From assembly GCA_030390025.1 (NCBI GenBank), contig CM059434.1:15128001-15192000 (forward strand): a stretch of DNA of 64,000 nt, in the 5' to 3' direction. The notes under the pieces are model-generated. The model was not told the origin of the DNA. It did no database searches and saw only the letters and a list, made by a program, of their open reading frames with translations. Every line of letters starts with the position of its first letter. The first letter of the stretch is position 1. This DNA comes from Squalus acanthias (taxonomy: Eukaryota). The translations under genes and the position numbers were made by a program. Shown one piece after another: positions 59,701 through 64,000 of this stretch.

Positions 59701-62097
59701 TGAATAGGAACCGTTTTGGTCGGGGGGGGGGGGTGGTGGGGGGGTAGAAATAGCTGTCGGTCATAACTTACTTTTCATACTTATAACATCTGTAACCCAT
59801 CCAGGACAAAAAAGATATTGCCCTTTCAGCATTACAGTAAAAAAAAAATTCATACCTTTTCTAAAGTGTTAAAAATCATTTTCTGCAGTACCATCAAAAA
59901 CATCCCCTCCACCCCCCGACAATACAAGTGTTGGAATGTTAGGTGTGGCTGCGGCTCAAGTTATGATGAGCCCGTCCCACTGCATTTTCAGTGTAACTAC
60001 TTGCTTTCACAGGTCATATTTTGGAGCCGTGGGGGGCTGTGCCAACTTTTGCTGGTTTTTCTGGTTGGGGACTCATGCGGGTGGATCCGATCACATCAAG
60101 TTCATGCATCCAGTCAATAACACGGCAGAGATCAACTGAGCTGGTTAAACAGGCCACAAGGTCCGGCGTCATTATCGGGGACACGCACATCAAAAGATTA
60201 CAGTACTTGGCTGCTACTAAACAACTGCCTGCACCCGCTCTCAAATCCTTTCAAGGTGATTTTCTACAATTTAACTGTTCAAACGAACTGATTCAAGCGC
60301 ATTTTGCCGGCCAAGTGATCCTAGGCTCATTTTTTTTTTTATATACACGAGATAGAACAGAAACCGTTAACCCTTTCTATCCCACCCAGTCAAATGCAGA
60401 AGTGTTTTCAATGGCAAACATTGCTCAGGGGCCAGCTGGCAAACAGACTTACCAAAGGATTTTCATGACTGCTGGGGAGAGGCCTGGTTAGGCTGGAGGG
60501 AGAGGGAAAGGGAGGAGGAGAAAAATATAACTATCAAAATCCCCTTCCTTCTCTCAAAACAAAAAGTATACTTCACCACAAAGTATTATTTCAACTTTTC
60601 TGGGAACTGCATATAAAAAGGGTTTAAATAAAGATAAATGGGAGGAGGAAGAGAAAGGAGAAGACAACAGAAAGAGAGAAGAAAGTGTTGCCATTTAACA
60701 TTTAAATTTTCTATATTTGTGTGTTTTAAGATTTACCTTTTCCCTTACCCAACCTCAAGCTCCTTCTTTTCATGGGCCTGTGATCAGTTTGGTATTTTGA
60801 TCTGTGGCTACCCTGGCTTGGCTACTGATCTAAAGGACGACGTTTCGAAGACAGCTAGCAGAGAAATAAGTCAAGCAAAGAAGGAACCAACGATGTTCCA
60901 AAAGATTTGGCGTTTTTCCCAAAGGAGGATGAAAGGTCAAAAAGCAAGTCTTTGTTCCGTTCCCAGTAGAAATTTTGATTTAGAAGAAAAAAAAATCACA
61001 GCTGCAAAAAGCCAATTTCCTTGGAAACATTTCCCTCGTCTACTCGAGTACTCTGCGGTTTGGAATTCTGCAATAAATCATTACTGAGTTCCAAGACAAC
61101 AGATTTCCAGAATTATCATCCAACCACTGAAGTTTTAAATGGAAGAGTCAGGTACAAATGTTGTCCATGACCCTTTCCTCCACTTGTATTACAAGTTCTC
61201 CACAGTTGCTTGGCACAGAAGCTGCCAACCATTACGATGAGACAACGCCCCAATCTCCGTCACGGACATTCCTCCCACAAGTGGTTTGCGGTGTTGCTGT
61301 ATCCGTATGAGCCGAGATGCTAGTCCCTCTCCTTCCTTGATGGAATATTTCGCCATCGTGAGGTAACTTGGCACAATGAACCATTTGTAAGCTGGTGACA
61401 TTTGCTGCTCAACGATGGTGAAGGCATCTGAACTTCAACGCAATTTTGGTTGGGAAGGGCTTCTGGTACCCGAGGTACCGAGCGGTTTGTGCTTATAAAC
61501 TGGCTGCAACTCCAAATCAGTGCAATAACACCAGCCCCGAATTACTCATCCATGTGGCCAGTTTCACACCAGCATTCTCCGATAATAAAGTAGAAAATAG
61601 AACCCCATACAAATGCAGAAATGCTTTCATAAAGCTAAAGACGTGAATACTGTATATTGAACATGTAAAAAAAAACACCTTCACGTGCTATATTCCATCT
61701 ACTACTAGAAACCTTCAGCACGTCGCACTGAACTTGAGCACGCTGATGCTCAAATGTGATGTTAAAACCTAGTACCAGCACCCAAACTGAAAGATGTCCT
61801 TCGCCTCTGCAATGCCCGCAGGCTATAATGACCCAACCATCATGAAACTAGCCACTGTGTGCGACAATGAGCACAAATATAAGGCAGCTTCTCATTTTTA
61901 CTAACTAGCAAGTCAGGTAACGGCCCATTGAATAAATAGACTATATGTCTTGGCACAATATGATCCTTGGATCCATTCAGACACTTAACACCCATTCACT
62001 TTACATGTTTCATCACAGTGAAATTTCTATTCCCATTGAATTTGTCTGCATTCTTCCCATTTTAAAACTTTTTCTTATTCCTTTAAGGTTGTTAAAT

Positions 62098-62492
62098 GTT
62101 TTTATTTATTCGTTCACAGAATGTGGGCATCTATTGTCCGAGAGAAGGAGGTGAGCCGCCTTATACAACCGAGTGGCTTGCTAGGCCATTTCAGAGGGCA
62201 GTTAAGAGTCAACCACATTGCTGTGGGTCTGGAGTCACATATAGGTCAGACCGGGTAAGGGTGGCAGATTTCCTTCCCTAAAAGGACATTAGTGAACCAG
62301 AGGGGTTTTTACAACAATCCGGTAGTGTCATGGTCACCATTACTGATACTAGCTTTTTAAATTCCAGATTTATTTATTAACTGAATTTAAATTCCCCAGC
62401 TGCCATGGTGGGATTTGAACTCACATCTCTGGATCATTAGTCCAGGCCTCTGGATTACTAGCCCAGTGACATAACCCCTATGCTACCATACC
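62098..62492 (-). mobile_element. tRNA-derived SINE (tentatively MetaSINE-like)
   Basis: Head GGTAGCATAGGGGTTATG…GAGTTCAAATCCC. Core GGTTCACTAATGTCCTTTTAGGGAAGGAAATCTGCC…TGGTTGACTCTTAACTGCCCTCTGAAATGGCCTAGCAAGCCAC. Confidence 0.7.
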
Positions 62493-63499
62493 CGATAAGT
62501 ACTCTGCCTAGGAGGTTCGTGTTGTTGGAAGTTGCGGAAAGCAGGCTGGAATAATTTGGTCTACAGTCTTGTTCTCTCTTTTCAAACGCCCCCCCCCCCC
62601 CCCACCCCCCTCCGTCCTCCCCCACCCCCTTTCCCAGTGTCTCTGCATGGCAACTTCCTTTGACAACACAGGCAAAATCATGAACTCTCCACACAGGGCG
62701 GCATGGCATGAGCTTGTATCCCATCAGCATGTTGGGGTATCAATGCCCCTGTGCCACCAATGACACCTTTCTTAATGTTCGAACAGTGCAACTGCAGTGA
62801 ACCATCTTCCCCTAAACCCAACAGCTGAAGGAGTTCCGTTTTTATTAGACTCAATATAGTTTCCAAGTAAGGTAAAATTATCACTTTCAAAATAGTCAAA
62901 TCCAAACTAAAGGTGGATTATAAAGATGCATGAACTGACTGGCTCAGGTTCATAAATTTAATTTAAGAAAAAGCACCATCAGTCTTGGTTGTATATACAA
63001 TGTGCTATTATTTATACAAAAAAGGTATTTGTTTCTTCTGCATAAATCAAGTTTAAAACTTAAAGTCTAAAGGCATGTGGCAGACATCCCATTACCTTTG
63101 AAACAATGGAACTCCTGCACATTAACCTTCATTATTTGACTGTTCCAGTGTCAACTATGAGTAAACACGGGTCAACAGGCCGGCTTCAAAGCTTTTACCT
63201 TGGTGCCACTTAAACAAAGCTGATCACGTTGAGTTGATAAAACTGATATTTTAGCCCATTTTCCCTTGGTTAATTTTTTATTGACCAGAGTGGTGTTTGA
63301 ACAACTTGTTGGTTGCGCAGTGCAATGCTGTGTGGTGGAGCAGAGCATTGGAGTGCCAGGGAGCTCTGCGGGGTACTGGAAAGGGGTTTGGTCATTCACT
63401 CCATGGAGCTCCTGATCTCAGCCATACTGTTCCAGGAAAGCATCGAGAGAGACAGATAGCTCTTCACTGAAGAGGAAGAATTTGGAAAGGTAGTGGTCA

Positions 63500-64000
63500 T
63501 CTCTCTCGAACCCGCCACCGTCTCTATACCATCAGACTGCTTGTCCGACATCCAGCACTGGATGAGTAGAAATTTCCTCCAATTAACTATCGGGAAGACC
63601 AAAGCCATCGTCTTCGGTTCACGCCACAAACTCCGATCCCTTTCCACTGATTGGATCTCTTCCCCCCCCCGGCAACTGTCCAAGGCTGACCAAGTCTGTT
63701 CGCAACCTTGGTGTCATATTTGATCAGGAATTGAGCTACCGACCTCATATCAGTTCTATCACTAAGACCGCCCATTTCCACCTTCGTAATATCGGCAGTC
63801 TCCGCCATTGCCTCAACGTATCCACTGCCGAAACTCTCATCCATGGCTTTAATCACTCTAGACTTGACTATTCCAACGCACTCCAGGCAAACCTCCCCAG
63901 TTATACCCTCCATAAACTTGGTCATTCAAAACTCTGCCACCCATGTCCTAACTCGCACCAAATCTCACTCACCCATCTACCCTATGCTTGTTGACCTACA
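63500..64000 (+). mobile_element. L2 LINE fragment running out of the window
   Basis: DCLSDIQHWMSRNFLQLTIGKTKAIVFG…AHFHLRNI…SRLDYSNAL, homologous to 48140-48620. Confidence 0.88.

Noticed and set aside
45890-64000. Next upstream ANO1 exon (expected short exon encoding roughly GIWYNIL…KLAVII)
   Set aside because: Not found by eye on the minus strand. It is probably beyond the window, though a short exon could have been missed.

Overview
Eukaryotic (vertebrate) genomic DNA, most likely a shark or other elasmobranch. This is inferred from HE1/V-SINE-like and SacSINE1/DeuSINE-like SINEs, abundant CR1 LINEs and Penelope elements. The only host gene I can support is the 3' end of anoctamin-1 (ANO1/TMEM16A) on the minus strand: three coding exons at 45705-45889, 44386-44491 and 40344-40634, with canonical splice sites and consistent phases. 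A long TE-poor stretch below the stop codon is probably its 3'UTR. Bases 1-24000 are a deeply nested pile of transposons: CR1, L2, a near full-length RTE, PIF/Harbinger derivatives, Penelope, and hAT and Tc1/mariner MITEs. The most striking signal is a set of Penelope-derived fold-back and solo-terminus elements. They include a ~1.1 kb near-perfect palindrome (31055-32147), a 211 bp palindrome (50408-50618) and a 166 bp palindrome (26155-26320). Most carry minimal hammerhead-ribozyme motifs with a compensatory stem change between copies. Two of them sit at the same homologous position in two separate CR1 copies, and three ribozyme motifs lie sense to the ANO1 pre-mRNA. All family names come from recalled similarity rather than database searches, and TE boundaries without a TSD are approximate.
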